Part shown: one piece after another, positions 24,245 to 37,999 of the stretch
How the letters are laid out: every line of letters begins with the position of its first letter
Position numbering within the stretch: position 1 is the stretch's first letter
Source: Sphaerodactylus townsendi
Lineage: Eukaryota
Direction of reading: 5' to 3'
DNA: 64,000 bases
Assembly (NCBI RefSeq): GCF_021028975.2
Contig: NC_059434.1
Span: 45,570,001 to 45,634,000 of the forward strand
Made by a program: the position numbers and the translations under genes
Notes under the pieces: model-generated
Databases searched by the model: none
The model's input: only the letters and a program-made list of their open reading frames with translations
What the model was told of the DNA's origin: nothing

Positions 24245-24606
24245 AAATCGTGCATGGATGAGCTGCAAGCAGAAGAAACTTCTGTGGAAAACCTTCACCA
24301 AATGGTGGAGGCTGGGGAATCTCTGCAGCAGCACACAAAATGGCCGGTTGACTGCAGTGAAAATGTAAGTAAGAGCTTGGAGGCAGGAGAAATAAAGCAT
24401 TTTGTTGCATTGCAATGAATTAGCAGAATAAATAATATAGCAGAGATGTAAGTGTGTTATTTTGTAGAACTTTACTGGATAAGAAAATAATGTTACACTG
24501 AATATAGGTACAGCAAACTCTCTCTGTGCAAGTGCTCAGTCTGGGTATCTGTGCAGCCTATCTGTGCCTGTGTGTCTGCCTCTCCTCTTTTGCTGGAAGA
24601 AACAGA

Positions 24607-25124
24607 GGCCGTTTCCGCACGGGCGGAATATGGTGGCATGGGGACGGCAAAAATGTTGTCCCCAGGCCGCCATTCGGCAGGGGGCGCAGCTGCATCGCAG
24701 CCCCGCTGCCCTCGCGCCACCCAACCGCCGCAAAGCCGGCGTTTCCCCAGTGCGCTTAGAAGCGTACTTGTTGGGGAAACGCCGCCTTGAAGCCGCTGCT
24801 GAGCGAACGGCAGCGGCTTCAAGACGCCTCCCCCCACTCCCTCCCGGCACTTACCTTGTCCCCGGGCCTCCGGCGCATCACAGGAGTGGGCCGCTGGAGC
24901 AGGAGTGGGCCGCTGGAGCAGGCGCGCAGGGCCAGGGGGGCATGTCCCCAGGCCTCAGCGACGTGCCGGAGGCCCGGGGACACGCCGGGTCGGCCGGGCG
25001 CCAGCGCTCCGCGGTGACGGCGTCCCGGCTCTTTTTAGGACCGTCCATGCGGACGGTCCCAGCGTCGTCAGGTCGGAGCAAAATGCGCCGACCTAGCCGC
25101 TTCCGCCTCCGTGCGGAAACGGCC
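24607..25124. mobile_element. GC-rich Harbinger-type MITE, same family as 345-872
   Basis: TIR GGCCGTTTCCGCACGG / CCGTGCGGAAACGGCC (perfect 16 bp). 3-bp TSD AGA at 24604-24606 and 25125-25127. Confidence 0.9.
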
Positions 25125-25398
25125 AGAGAGATCTTTCCAGAAGCTCATGTGATTCTAGGCAGTCAACTGTCTTCAGCAGTCAACTCTTGTTTGACTGAAT
25201 GAAACTTGTAATATTTAACTTGTAACATTTAACTTGTCTCTTGCCTGCTTTTGTTCACAAAGCAAGCAGGAGACATCTTCAACCCATTTTCAGGAAAAAA
25301 AAGATCGCTAGTTTAGTGATTTTCATAAAACCTGAGTTGAGACAAATGAAACATATTGAAGACATTTTGGGGGACAGACCTGTGGGAACCGCTTCAAA

Positions 25399-25457
25399 AT
25401 GCTTTCTAAAATGTCCTCATGCTTTCTAAAATGTCCAAAATGCTTTCTAAAATGTCC
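25399..25457. repeat. Tandem repeat, 3 x ATGCTTTCTAAAATGTCC
   Basis: Copies start at 25399, 25419 and 25440. Confidence 0.9.
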
Positions 25458-26538
25458 TATATTTCTGCTGTACGGAAAAGGCCATTGTATATGCAGAAAG
25501 CACTAGTACATTTTTCAAATAGTAAATATTCCATGTATCATATAGTTATGTTGCAGAATGATATGTTTTATGAGGTCTGATATCCTCATATGACTCAGAT
25601 TCACAATGCTTGGCACTTGACCAGCCATAGAGCACCATCAGCCTCCTCATCCACCTCTCCTTTATCAATTACCGTGTTTGTAGCTCATTTCATAAATTTG
25701 ATGTACAGTTTAACATATGATTATGATTAACCTCTGTCATATAAATGACATATTTGCATGGCAGGATCTGTTAATCTGTATTTATCTATGCAACTAAAAA
25801 CTAGACATCTCCAGTAAGTAAACCAGTACTAAGGAGCATTACAGTAGTTCTTGTTCACTTTACAGGTCAAAATAAATGGTTGTACTATTTGTTTCAGCTA
25901 TTAAGTAAATAGCCTGTGACAGGCTCCCCAGATGGTCACCTGGGTTGCCCTCCCCTAAATCCGGCCCCACTTAAGCTTAATTATTTAAACCTAAAGTACT
26001 TATAGTTTGGAAAGCCAATGTTTTGTTGTGGACAAGTAATATGAGAAAGGATTGCTTAGATTCAGGTAAAAAGCTCGGTTAACTCTTGATTAATGATGGT
26101 CAAGGCAGGGTCCAAAAGTCTGGATAAATTACAGTATCACACACACAGAGGCAGCATATGCTCTTACTTTGCTGCAAGAATTTCTATCACATTTTGCAGC
26201 TGCAACTATTATCACTTCATGGGTGTGCAGGCTCCTTAGACAAATATGATAAGATCCCTGCCCTGGGGATCTTCCAGTCTAGTAGAGACATGTAGCTCAA
26301 GTGTAAACATTAAACCACAAACAGGGAGTGGGGACTGGTTAGGGGAGAACATGGAGAAATTATCTTTGGCTCATCAAAGAGCTGGAAGAAATCCATCAAC
26401 GGAACCTTTGGAGCTGTTATGCATTTTAAAGAGCTAGATGAAATCATGAAGGATGAGTTCCTGAACAGGCACTGCTAAAACAGGAGCAGCCAGTGATAAT
26501 AGGAGCAACCTCCATCATGGTGCATATCAAGAATCCAA

Positions 26539-26667
26539 GGCTGATACCGCATGGGCCAAAAACAGCAGTGTGAAAACAGTGCAAAAGGGTTTAAAACGGT
26601 GTAAAAAGGTTTATACTGTTTTCACACCATTTTCACACCGCTGTTTTTGGCCCATGCGGAATCAGCC
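26539..26667. mobile_element. Palindromic Harbinger-type MITE
   Basis: GGCTGATACCGCATGGGCCAAAAACAGC / GCTGTTTTTGGCCCATGCGGAATCAGCC. 3-bp TSD CAA. Confidence 0.87.
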
Positions 26668-26875
26668 CAAGATCCCTCTGATCTCCTAAAGCAGATCACG
26701 TGCGCTCATGCACAGAAAACCTGGTGTTATCTGGAAAGCAGATGTGGCCATTGGAATCTAACCTAGGTGTTATGAGTCCTTTTATCAGTCTTCCTTCTCC
26801 TTGACTGTATTATGTAAAACTTATTTTTCTTGCTAGAAATATGGGCATAATGAACACTGCTCTGATCTCCTAAGG

Positions 26876-27019
26876 CCGTGGTGGAGAACCTTTGGCACTC
26901 CAGGTTATGGACTACAATTCCCATCAGCCCCTGCCAGCATGGCCAATTGGTCGTGCTGGCAAGGGCTGATGAGAATTGTAGTCCATAACATCTGAAGTGC
27001 CAAAGGTTCGCCACCACTG
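26876..27019. mobile_element. hAT (Buster-type) palindromic MITE
   Basis: CCGTGGTGGAGAACCTTTGGCAC / GTGCCAAAGGTTCGCCACCACTG. 8-bp TSD TCCTAAGG. Confidence 0.9.
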
Positions 27020-30000
27020 TCCTAAGGCTACTGTCCTGATTATATCCAACTTGGTGCTCCAGAGAGGATACAAGATCTCCCCATTAGGCAATCATACAGC
27101 ATAGGAATAACTAAAAATTTGATCTGAACATGCCCTATTTGTTATCAGAAGGGCAATTCCTGAATTAAGTTACCTCTGACTTTTCATAAACAGTTCAATA
27201 GGCTACACTGGAATGCTATTTTTTGGTGATTCTGTACTGTCTAAAGCTGCACTTTGCCTTCAGTTTCCATTTTCCCTTCTTATATTTGACATTCCATTTT
27301 GTTGAAGTGGTGAAGGCAGCAGAAGGAGATGGGGGTTGCCCCTGCAGGACATCATGCAACCAGGGCATTTAGCCCATGTTCTTGCCAGCCAGAATGATCC
27401 TGACTGGCATTCCTGAGCACAGCAAACATTTCCCTACAGTCATTTTGCAAACCAAGGAGGTTTGAAGGAAGGACTCTCTTGCCAGAATGTGCTTACTTGA
27501 ACTACATTTTATCTGTTGCTGTGATAGGCAGGTGGAGCAAAGCTTAACTGAGATAAAGGCAGATGCACAGGCTTTGCATCCTATCCAACGATAAACAGCC
27601 AGTTTGCCCTCAGGCAGGAGGGATGGTGCTATAAAGCTTCTATCCTGCTGCTAAAGTGTAAGCAAATACACTTACTTACAGAAAAGATCAATAGATGATT
27701 TTTTTAAAAAAATAAACCCCTTTCTAAGCCAGAGAGGACTACTGATTTAGGATCTGAGAACTGCCTTTGAGCAAACAGTTGTGGGGCACCTCATAAGCCT
27801 GAATTTATGTTCCAAGCAGGTTAGTTTGTTTTTTAAAGCATAACATACAGACAAGGGAAGGTAAACCCGAGTCCCAGTTATTTTGCTGTTCTGAATTTTT
27901 GGCTAGTTGAAGCATTGTTTCTGTCACAGTCCAGGTTGCAAGTAAGAATCTTCATTGACTCTCAGATTAGGAGAATTTCTTATGTTGGCCTGAAAGTTGG
28001 GAAAATTGATACATCTCTGAAAGCTGTGTAGTTAACTATAAGTAGAAATGTGTCACATACATTGAAACCAGAAATCATCCAAATACCACCGAGATTCCAA
28101 AGAATTTGAACAAACTTTTATAACAAACTGAAAGAGCCAATCCAAATAAGAATAAAGCTTCTGTGCACACTTGTATTATGGATTTAGTTGACTCTTGTCA
28201 AAGGACAGCAATTAACAGTAGTTCTTGATCTTGGGAATTCATTTCCACCCCAATGTGACTTAGACTGATTGTTTAAGTGTATTTTGTTTTCATGGGACAT
28301 ACCCTACTGTACACAGTGTTTTGGGTATCCTCATACCATCTTTTCTGGACTCCCATTAGCAGTTGAGACTCGTTCTTCCTCACTAAGCAGGTTTAGGACC
28401 AAGGTACCTACTTTGGAAACCCTTACCTACAACATCACTGCAACAGTAAATCCTGCAAGGTGGCTTCTGAATTTTTCATTTGAGCTACTGGATAAACCAG
28501 AGTGTTGGTCTGAGCTAGTAATTTCTAGAAGCTGGGAACACTTTTTGGATCTGCCCTTCCTCCTTAGGAAGGAAAGGCAAGATAACTATGTGACATATCC
28601 GGCATAAATCATAGCTTTTCAAAGACTTGGTGGTAGTGATATTGCAACTCTGTCATTATCTTTGGGATTCACATTCAGTTTTTCTTTATGGGCTTGTCTA
28701 TATCTGCCTATCCTGCAATAGAATACCGTCAAATTAGTTTGGTAGGGTGCTGAAGTAATTCACTCTATCCTCGAAAAGTTGATAAGGCTTCCCAGAAGTA
28801 CCTCTATCACTGCTGCTGCGGACACGTCTAGTGAAACTATCACAAACACTTATTGAAGATGACCAAAATTTAATCTCATCTTCTCTGATCTTCTACTGAT
28901 CTTCTACTGATCTACTGATCTTCTCACCCACTGTAATGAGCTTGGATCCCATCTAGAATCTTCATGAAGACAAGCCAGCAGGGTGATTTTCACTGATTCA
29001 CCCCTCCACACACACACAGGAGACCCCTGATTTAAGCTATTCCTGGGTGTCCCCCACCTCCCAAAAGCAGCATTCAGGGTATCATGGCTGCCACATAAGG
29101 GGAAATGAGTGATAACCCACTCACTTTGTACCTGTGGAAATACTGGGGAGGTTCCAAGTTTACCTTTTTTCAATAAATCAATGGATATTTGTATATCCAC
29201 ACAAGAAGTTAGGTGACCCTTTAAAGAAAGGGAAGGAAGACTGATTCCCTTAAGAGTGAAAATGAGTGAGCAAAGTTCCTTTTCAATCCAGTTTCAACAT
29301 TCCATTAAACTGCATGGGACACTGTTAAGCAGAGGTCATGAGGACTTCAGAAAAATGGACTTTTCTGCAAACAAAAGATTTCCCTCTCTTTCCCCCTTCA
29401 TTACGTCCATGCAGTGGCCAACCAATCATTGTTATATCACAGTTAGAATGACAGTTGCTGTAAAGAAAGATCCCCTTTGCTCTAGGAAAACAATGGTTTA
29501 TACCCAGCCTCAGATAAACATTCTCCATTGTCAAACTCCATTGTTTCCCCATTATTCCTATTTCAGTCCAAGCACACATCACTTCTGAATGAAGCTAAAT
29601 GGTATGAATTAATATTGCTTGAAAGCAGAGGAACCCTATCAGGAATCACCACAATGCTGGGAGGTCTAGGTTAAACAAAGGCAGGGATTGTGCGTCATAG
29701 GTTCTTTGTCAGATTCCCTGTTTAAACATGAGCTCACGACACTTTATGAGGATGAAGTACAGAAGTAGATGGGTCCTTGGTTTACTTTCTTATTTCCTTA
29801 ATGTGTATTTGGAGGTTGAGCTGTTGAATAAGCTGGCATTAACTTCTTCCTAAAAGTGAGCTCTTGTTTCTGTGACAAAACATTTTCCCCAAACCCCTGT
29901 TGCTCATCCTATATAGACCCATAGGTCCACACTTTTCCTAACATATATTCTGTGCTCCAGTGCCAGGAAAAAGAGTTCATCTTTCCCAATCACCAGTTGC

Positions 30001-31689
30001 AGGTGAGATGGGCTTTACCAAGCACTGCACCAATTAAAGTGTGCGAATGTCAAGATCATATGGTTCATGTAAAAGAATGGAACATGCTATAAAAGAATGC
30101 ATAAGGCAGAGCTCACAGAGAGGCAAGTGCCAGAAGAACTAAAAAAGGGGAGGATAAGGTTGCCTGAACCACAACACCTTTCACTATCAGCAAAGCAGCA
30201 AGGAAATAAATAGCAACAACTCAGAACACAGGAGAACCCCTCTCCCCTAATTTGATTCACCCACGAACCAAACTGAATTTCCTTTAGATTGATTGCTGAC
30301 AGGTATGTACTGCTGCTTTCAGTAAGCCATGAACCTTTAGCCCCTTCCTAATCCAGCAGCCCACAAGAAAGTGGATACCCTTCGCTGGTGCCCTTGTTGG
30401 GTATTATGTAAACAAGGAGTTGCCGTTGCAATACTAGCCAAGTCTAATGAATGAGGCCGTATCTTTAAGAGGCAAACAGATTACACTTCAAAGTATAACA
30501 TTTACCTGCAATCCAGAAGCCATGAATCTCTGTGTGTGTTACGCAATCTCTCACTCCCTACTGTTATGTTTTCAAAGCTTAAAGAATTCATTACTTGCTA
30601 TCAAAGGACAAGAGAGGTCATTCCTAAGGTAATTTTCTTCCAGCCAGAGTTGTGCAAAGGGTTAAAATGTGGTAGAAATATGGTTCCTATCATGTAATAG
30701 CCACTGCACCTATTAAATGTACAATTAGGAGTCAGCAGTAGTTAGTATTTGTATTACAGTAATCCACATGGACTATTGGTACCCCAGATCACTGTTATTT
30801 GGGAAGAAACTACAGGTCATAGATAACACAGCTGAAAATACTTCAGTCAAAAGACCATGAAGAGAAACCGATGGAAAGATAGCCACAATAGTAAACTCTA
30901 TTGGAATAGATGGAGCCTTGGTCAACTTCCTTCTTTCCTTACTATTTATTTGAAAGTGGTCTTGTTGATTTCAGTTATATTTGATGACTCAGTTTGGCAG
31001 TCTGAAAGCTGACAGATTAATTTTTTCTCTCTCTCATCCCATGCGCTCATTTATTTAGCAGTAATGTTCCTGACTCTACAAGAACATGCTGGTGCTAACT
31101 GCTTCCTGAATGCAAGCTGTTACAGAAAGGAGAAATCTTTCTCCCCAACCCTTACTGTTACCTATTCTACATACCTGTTGTTTCTCCTTTTCCCTAACAC
31201 ATACACATGCCAGGAAAAACAGTCTTTCCCCACCTCTTTTCCCATTTTGACAAGCTGTTACATTCCTTTCTGATGACTTTTTATTGACAGATATTGAGTA
31301 ATTGCTTTTTATGTGTAAAATTATGAAATAGCAAGAAGGGGGGGGGGAGCCATCATAAGTAGATAAGCAGATCTATAAGGTCGAATTCACTTGTTTAGTT
31401 TTAGAATAAATCGAAGTTATATATTTATCCAAAGTTATACAGAGTTTTTCCTAAGAGGTCAAAGCTTTGCATACAAATTCAGTTTTGTATAAAGTACTCT
31501 ACTTGGATGGAGCTGCCTTTGAAGAGTGTTGGAAACTTCAGCTGGTACAAAATATAACAGCAACAATCTCAATGGGAACCAAATCATATTGAACCTGCTT
31601 CTAGTTTTGCAGCATGTTCACATGCTTCAATTGTCTGAGGTTAGTTCAAAGTGTTGATAATCACTCTTTACAGTCCTAAGGTACAGCAC

Positions 31690-31927
31690 AGAGCCAGCAT
31701 GGTGTAATGGTTAAGAGCAGGTGGACTCTAATCTGGTGAACTGGATTTGTTTTCCCACTCCTACACATGAAGCCTGACCTTATGCTCGTCACAGTTCTCG
31801 CAGAACTCTCTCAGCCCCACCTACCTCACAAGGCGTCTGTTGTGGGGAGAGGAAGGGAAAGGAGTTCATAAGCACCTTTGAGTCTCCATACAGGAGAGAA
31901 AGCTGGGTGCGGGTTCTAAATCTTCTC
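31690..31927 (+). mobile_element. tRNA-derived SINE (Squam3-like) inserted in an L2-like LINE relic (about 31490-32040)
   Basis: A-box-like TGGTGTAATGG, then CTCTCTCAGCCCCACCTACCTCACA..GTTGTGGGGAGAGGAAGGG body. Flanks resemble the L2 3' region. Confidence 0.7.
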
Positions 31928-32043
31928 CAATGTCTTGGGATCAGAATATTTTAAGATTCAGTGGCTCACAGATGAACATACACATTTTCTTAAGCTGGAG
32001 TCTTCTTCTGCTTCTCTGATCTCACTGGAAGAAAGATGGGTCG

Positions 32044-32657
32044 TGTTACCTGCTCCCCAAAGGTAACTTTAATAGTGATTTCAGTGATTTAGTGATTTCA
32101 GCTTGGCAGCAATGAATGAACACGGAGACAGGATTCTTCAAGAAAAGATTCTTTTACTGGCACCAAAGAATCTCTGACACGTAGCTTCTCCAGGCAAGTC
32201 GCTCTGAGCAGAGCTAGTGCAGAGGTTTTTATATCGTAAAAACAAAAGGGGAAAGGGAGTGGTACACAAAATACAATACAGAAACTTAATTTCCAATAGA
32301 AACACTCAAAAACATAGCACAAGGTCTTCAGAGTTTTGTGAATGGCTCTTTCAAACTTCTTCCTTGGGTGTCTGAGATGATGATGCAAGAGGAAGGGAGC
32401 AGGGGTGGGGGGGATAGTTCTCTGCCGGAAGCTAAAGTCCAGAATGAACAAAAGAAGCAAGGCTGGGCTCCCAGTCTTTAGGGGTATTCCTTTGTACCTT
32501 GTTCCTGGTTCCTTTGTCATGTTCTGCTGATAAATTCAATGTTAGTGTGATCTGTGATGGGATTATGTCTTCAGGAATCCTGCAGGGGGGTGTCGGTCAA
32601 TGTCCACATTTCCTGAGCTTCCAGGGTCCCAGTTTTAACTAAAACAAGAAACTAACA
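32044..32657 (-). mobile_element. Probable solo LTR
   Basis: TGTTA...TAACA ends. Minus-strand TATAAAAA near 32226-32233 upstream of an AGTAAA signal near 32153-32158. No TSD found, so the boundaries are uncertain. Confidence 0.45.
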
Positions 32658-34404
32658 ATCTAAGAAAATATTATTATAAATGCAAAGAAAGGTAATATTG
32701 CTATGGTACCTCAGGTGGAGAAAAGAGAGACTATAAGTCTCTTCAAAAGGGTACTTGGTTTATTTCTAAAACAGAGGAAATAAAATCATTTTATTAAAAC
32801 ACACATTAGGTTCAATAAGGCGAACAGAAAAATACTTTTATTAAATTCTGGGGATTCACTGCTATCAGTAGGAATACATAACAGAGCCCTTTCAGTGCAT
32901 CCAGTATCTGGAACACTCTTCTCCCAGAAATCCCCTTAGTTCCTTGTCTTTTGCATTCTCTTGCAATGGAAGGTGCTGAGAAGTGGCACATTCCATTCAT
33001 ATTCATGACCCCCATACTGACATGAAAGCAGACACAAAGAAGTAACAAAAGATCACGCTGATGCATTAAACAATTCTAACTATCCCTCCATAAAATTGGA
33101 TTGTACAGTAAGCCAATTGCTAGTTGGTGCATTGCCTGTGCTACAGGAGAGTCTGAGGATTATGTATGGTGTATTAATTATGCTGAATTCATACAATAAT
33201 TGCCCAAGCTTAAATGTAGGTGGTGCCTACACCTAAATGTGCAAACCTGCCCCTAGCCTCCAGGTTGGAGCCTGCATTACCTTAATTCACCCACTGCATA
33301 ATCCTAAGTGCTAATTAGAGGAGGAGAGCAGGGAACCCAGCTCAGGTTAGTATGGTACAGTGTACCATGTTATGTGGTTTGAACAAACATAGATTGAAGA
33401 AAGGCAGGGTCAAGTTCTAGCCACACACTAAGAAAGGGGTTAGTCCGTGGGTGTCCAAATGGTTTAGACTTTGCAGATCACAGGCTAAGCACCAATGGCA
33501 ACTCCTCTGGCAAAATGCTTTCAGTTGCCAAGAATTCATCTTCAGACAGTGTATGTGACTCACACTAAACATACACAAGGAAGCTAGGCTTCAGCATAAT
33601 AAAGTCCCAATTGGGCCCTGGGTTCAGGGACTTCATTCAGTAGCATGAAATGAAGCTTTAACAATTAAATATTCAAAGCAACCCACAAAATTCAAGTTTG
33701 AGCACCATCTACTTTGACTCAAGGCCAAACCAGACAGGTTGGTGGAATATTTGCAATTTAATACCCTGCAGTTTCTAAAAACATTGTTAACAGAAGCTGG
33801 GCCAGGAAGGAGGCTGTGCAGTTCTAGAGTGGTGGGGGGAGGGGGAGGGGAAGTAATCTTTCTTATTATCCAGGCTTTTAACTAAGGGGGTTTCATCTTT
33901 TAAGCTGTTAGCCTAAAGCCTTTTTGTTTTATGCTGTTTTTGTGCCCTAGCTTGTTTGGTTAGTTGTGATTTGCATCAAGTAATGTTTCTGGAGCGGCAA
34001 CAAATCATTTTTTTAAAATAAATGTCTCCCTCCAGTTTAATCTTTTCCTTTTTCCTGGTTTAAATTAGTCCCCTTCAAAGGGGAACAGAAATGTCCTAAC
34101 TATTATTGAAAAATTTAAACATTTTGTTTCTAAATATTAATCTTATGCTTGTGGCTAGGACTCAACTCCAGCACATTGTAAATATGGAACCAGAGCCCAT
34201 GTGTCATCATCAAACTGTGGCCAAAGCAAGAGACTGTGGGAGTAATAGCTCACACCAGAAAAGGAACCTTTTGGACATTGATTCAGCCAGAACATAGATA
34301 AAGCTTTAGCAAAGCAGGGTTTCTTCTCTAGTCCTGAGCAACAGAAAGACTCTTTGGTTGATTCCGCATAGTCCAAATATCCTGGGTTGAGCAAGGGAAA
34401 CATC

Positions 34405-34597
34405 CAGAGGTGGGATCCAGCCAGTTCTCACCACATCTCTAGAAGTGGTTACTAATTTTTTCTGAGTGCCGAGAAGGGGTTACTAAAGCAACCTCCCTTG
34501 CCCAATAGGGACTGGAGGTGCGTGTGTGTGGCAGCATCACTGTTTGAATCCCACCACCATCGGAACCTGTTATTAAAAATTTTGGATCCCACCACTG
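34405..34597. mobile_element. hAT MITE
   Basis: TIR CAGAGGTGGGATCCA / TGGATCCCACCACTG. 8-bp TSD GAAACATC. Confidence 0.88.
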
Positions 34598-35603
34598 GAA
34601 ACATCCTAGTTTGGCCAAGAAGTTCACACAGTTCCCAGTTCTAAAATGGATTTGTCCTGCGATATTTCCCTTATCCCAGGTTTTTCAAAAACCACTAAAA
34701 TCATGATCTTTCCCCAAAATCCCGTGTTGAACTTGCTTTCATGGGAACACCACGGGAGCAAAATCTGTTTATTTTTCCTGCCCTGCTGCCTGATCTCCCT
34801 GCCCTGCTTGATGTCATGTCAGTTTCATATCTGCTGAGCTGCTGACTGTCATGGCAGCCTGCCCTTTCTGAAACATTCCCCAGATGTTCTGCCCTTTGAC
34901 AGCTCTTCTGGGAGCCAGGCAATTGGGCCCATAAGGGAAAGCATGAGCGGTTTCCCGTTCCTGCTCGCTCTCGCCAAGCACTGCTTCTACCTGAGCCGCA
35001 AGCCTGGCCAACTCAGTCTTGCAGCTCTGGGCTCACATTTCCAGTGGGATCCTAGGAGGGGCTGGGAAGCTCTTCCAGGAGCCAAGCAAGTGAGCCCATG
35101 CAGGAAAGCATAAGAGCTTGCCTGTTCCCACTGTTTCTTTACAAGCCCAGTACAAGTCACATTTCTGGGACCTCTTTTTCCCATACAGCTATTAAAAAGA
35201 AAGGAAAGTGCTCTAGATGACAGTAGTGTCAATGGAATGAGGAGGCAAAGCAAGGTCCTGCAGGTGGGAAACTCCCAACTACAGTAGTCTTAGGGCCCAG
35301 AGAAGTCTGGTAAATCTCAAAAGCTTGGCAGGCAAATTATAGGCACAAAGGAAGATTTCACTTTCAGTTGTAATGAACTAATCCAAACCTGTAGCAAATG
35401 CACAGGTGCACCAAGCCAGCAGGTCTTCCCAATATGGATAATCACTCTCTCATTGGCTGGCTAAGTCACAGGAAGATCAGGAGGTGACTAACCAAGTAGC
35501 CACTTCAAGAAGTCTTATACAAATTAACACTCACATGGCTAGGAAACCACATCACTAAATCTGCCAAATCTAAACATCAGTATGTAAAGACTCTTCTGGC
35601 CCA

Positions 35604-35942
35604 TGTGTGTGTTATGTGCCATCAAGTTGCTTCCAACTTATTGTGACCCTCTGAATTAATGACCTCCTAATTGTCCTATTGTTAACAGTCTATTCATCTC
35701 ATGTTTGGTCTTCCTCTTTTCCTGCTGCCTTCAACTTTTCCTAGCACAGTGGTGGCGAACCTTTGGCACTCCAGATGTTATGGACTACAATTCCCATCAG
35801 CCCCTTCCAGCATGGCCATGCTGGAAGGGGCTGATGGAAGTTGTAGTCCATAACATCTGGAGTGCCAAAGGTTTGCCACCACGGTCCTAGCATCAGTGTC
35901 TTTTCCGGTGATTCTTCTCTTCTCATAATGTGACCAGAGTTC
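35604..35942 (-). mobile_element. RTE/BovB LINE 3' fragment interrupted by a MITE
   Basis: Minus frame GHIMRREESPEKTLMLG|KVEGSRKRGRP, the conserved RTE C-terminus, is restored once the MITE and one TSD copy are removed. Confidence 0.8.
35747..35884. mobile_element. hAT (Buster-type) palindromic MITE nested in BovB
   Basis: CAGTGGTGGCGAACC / GGTTTGCCACCACGG. 8-bp TSD TCCTAGCA. Same family as 26876-27019. Confidence 0.92.
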
Positions 35943-37999
35943 TGGCCCACCCAGCGTCATCTCTTCATGCCATGCACATTTGTGCATGCACTCACTCATA
36001 TTTTTTCAAATTCATGTACACATGAATGTGTGCTTGTGCAGGAACATATGTATTTTCTAAAGTCAGGCTTTCCCAAGTTTCTGCTTTAAGTTTTTGCCAG
36101 GAGGCTTGAAACTATCTCACTAAGTTAAAGAAGTTGGAATTATCTGTTAAACTAAGGTTAGCTTTTTTGTTCTAAAATGCTGGACAATTGTCAGTCACGC
36201 TTCCAAGTTTGTTGGCATTTATCATGAAAGTTATGAATTTATATCATATGATGAAAGGGAATTACACTGGAAGTACAGCATTGTTCTGTGCAGTCCAATG
36301 AGGCATGAATGTGAATTGTTTCACCGGAAACCATGCTGGTGTGTTCCTGCCCACTTTCCCCTACACAAGATCACTGCAGTGCTGGTTAATTCCCTGTTCT
36401 CAGACCAGAGGGTTACATTGAATGACCTAACTTGGCTTTTCTCCCAGGATTAATAATGCATTCTTGCTAAGTTACCTACAAATTTCATTTTCTACTTACC
36501 TGGCTGCTCACCCAGCTTGACATGTGACTGTGCACATGTTCTATCACCAAGTGGTAATTAGATCATCTTTCTGGTAGCCCAGGAAATACTGCAAGTCTTC
36601 TCAAGCCACAGTGAGTCACTCTGAGTCTGCCTGGTGTGGCTCTGGTGAAGCAAACCACCCTATTACTCATCACTTTGTTGAGTAAACACATGCACTGAAG
36701 ATCAGGTTGGCAATGCATTGGGCTAGGACAGAGCGCTGTTTACAAGAGCAAAGTCATTCCCAAACAGCAATTAGCCAAATGCTCCATTCCCACCTCTTCA
36801 CAACCCCACTGCTAACCTCCCAGCTCTAAAGATACCACAGCTCTTGATGGTAGTACTAGATAGCTCGCTGTACTAGGTAGATCGGAGAAGAACTAACTAT
36901 GGCCACCTTTGTTGCTGCTGTGGAACTGTTGCACAAGAATGATGGAGTTGGCTGCATACACAAAATGAGGCCATCCAATAAGTAATACAGCTATTAATAG
37001 GTTCACATTCTTAAAACAGTACTCATTCACACTACAAATGGCTGGGACATTGGATGGCACTTTGGGACTTGCACAATTCTGTGGCTCTTGAGAATTCTGC
37101 TGGTGATTCTTGGTCCTGTCCACAGCACTATAATTCCCAGGATTCCTTGTAGAAGAAAGAAAACCATTATACTAGTTTGTCACATAGACTTAAATTGGCA
37201 CTCAAAGTAGGGAAACTGGTACCAAGAATTTACAATTTAAAATGGATGGAATTCCCTTTCAAGTCATTTTATCCTAGAGTAATCAGAATAGCTTAAGGTT
37301 ACATATGTTAAATGGGTGGAAGGAATCAAAATCTACTCATTAAAAAGATAATACAAGAATACTTTGATCAATACCTTCTAATTATAGAAACTTATCTATG
37401 AATACTGAAAGGGGGGGGGGGGGAACGACATACCCGTGAAGCTAGAGACAAGATCATCAAGTTATTGAGGTGTGTGCATAACAAGATCTCTTCATGTTTG
37501 CTTTGTGCAGAGAAAGGAAAAAAGTCAAATACAGATTTAGCTACCTGTATAAACAGCTTCAGGTGAGGATTCCAACCCAACAGCTGTTCCACTTTGTAAG
37601 GCTGCTGTATTTGTTAGAATAAATGCCATTGATTGCTCAACGGTGCAATTTCCAAAAGGCATAAAGTCCATTAAGCTTATCCTACACACACTTGCTACAG
37701 ATAACATCTTGCACTGTATTAAAGCAAAAAGTCAGTGACAGTTTGCTGTGCATAGGATCAAGATTGACTATCTGAGAAGCTACAAGACAAGCACCTTGGA
37801 TCTAATGGACACACACATCTAGGAGGGGTTTTACTCAACTTTGTTGTGCCTGCCAACAGTGCCTTCAGAAATAAATTTGCAACAAGCAGCCTTGGGTTTT
37901 GTTGCTGTTATATCCCTACACAGAAACCAAATAAGGAACAAGAACAACCCAAGGCTTCTAAGTAAAAGAGTCCACTAGGCTATCCAAATTAGTGTGTTC

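Noticed and set aside
25399-25457. CRISPR-like direct repeats
   Set aside because: Spacers are only 2-3 nt and the context is vertebrate; this is an ordinary tandem repeat.
28814-28834. Minus-strand SLDVSAA resembling the hepadnavirus RT motif A
   Set aside because: Not followed by FYH, and no YMDD or other polymerase motif nearby; likely chance.
31690-31765. tRNA gene
   Set aside because: A- and B-box remnants only, continuous with a SINE body, with no cloverleaf.
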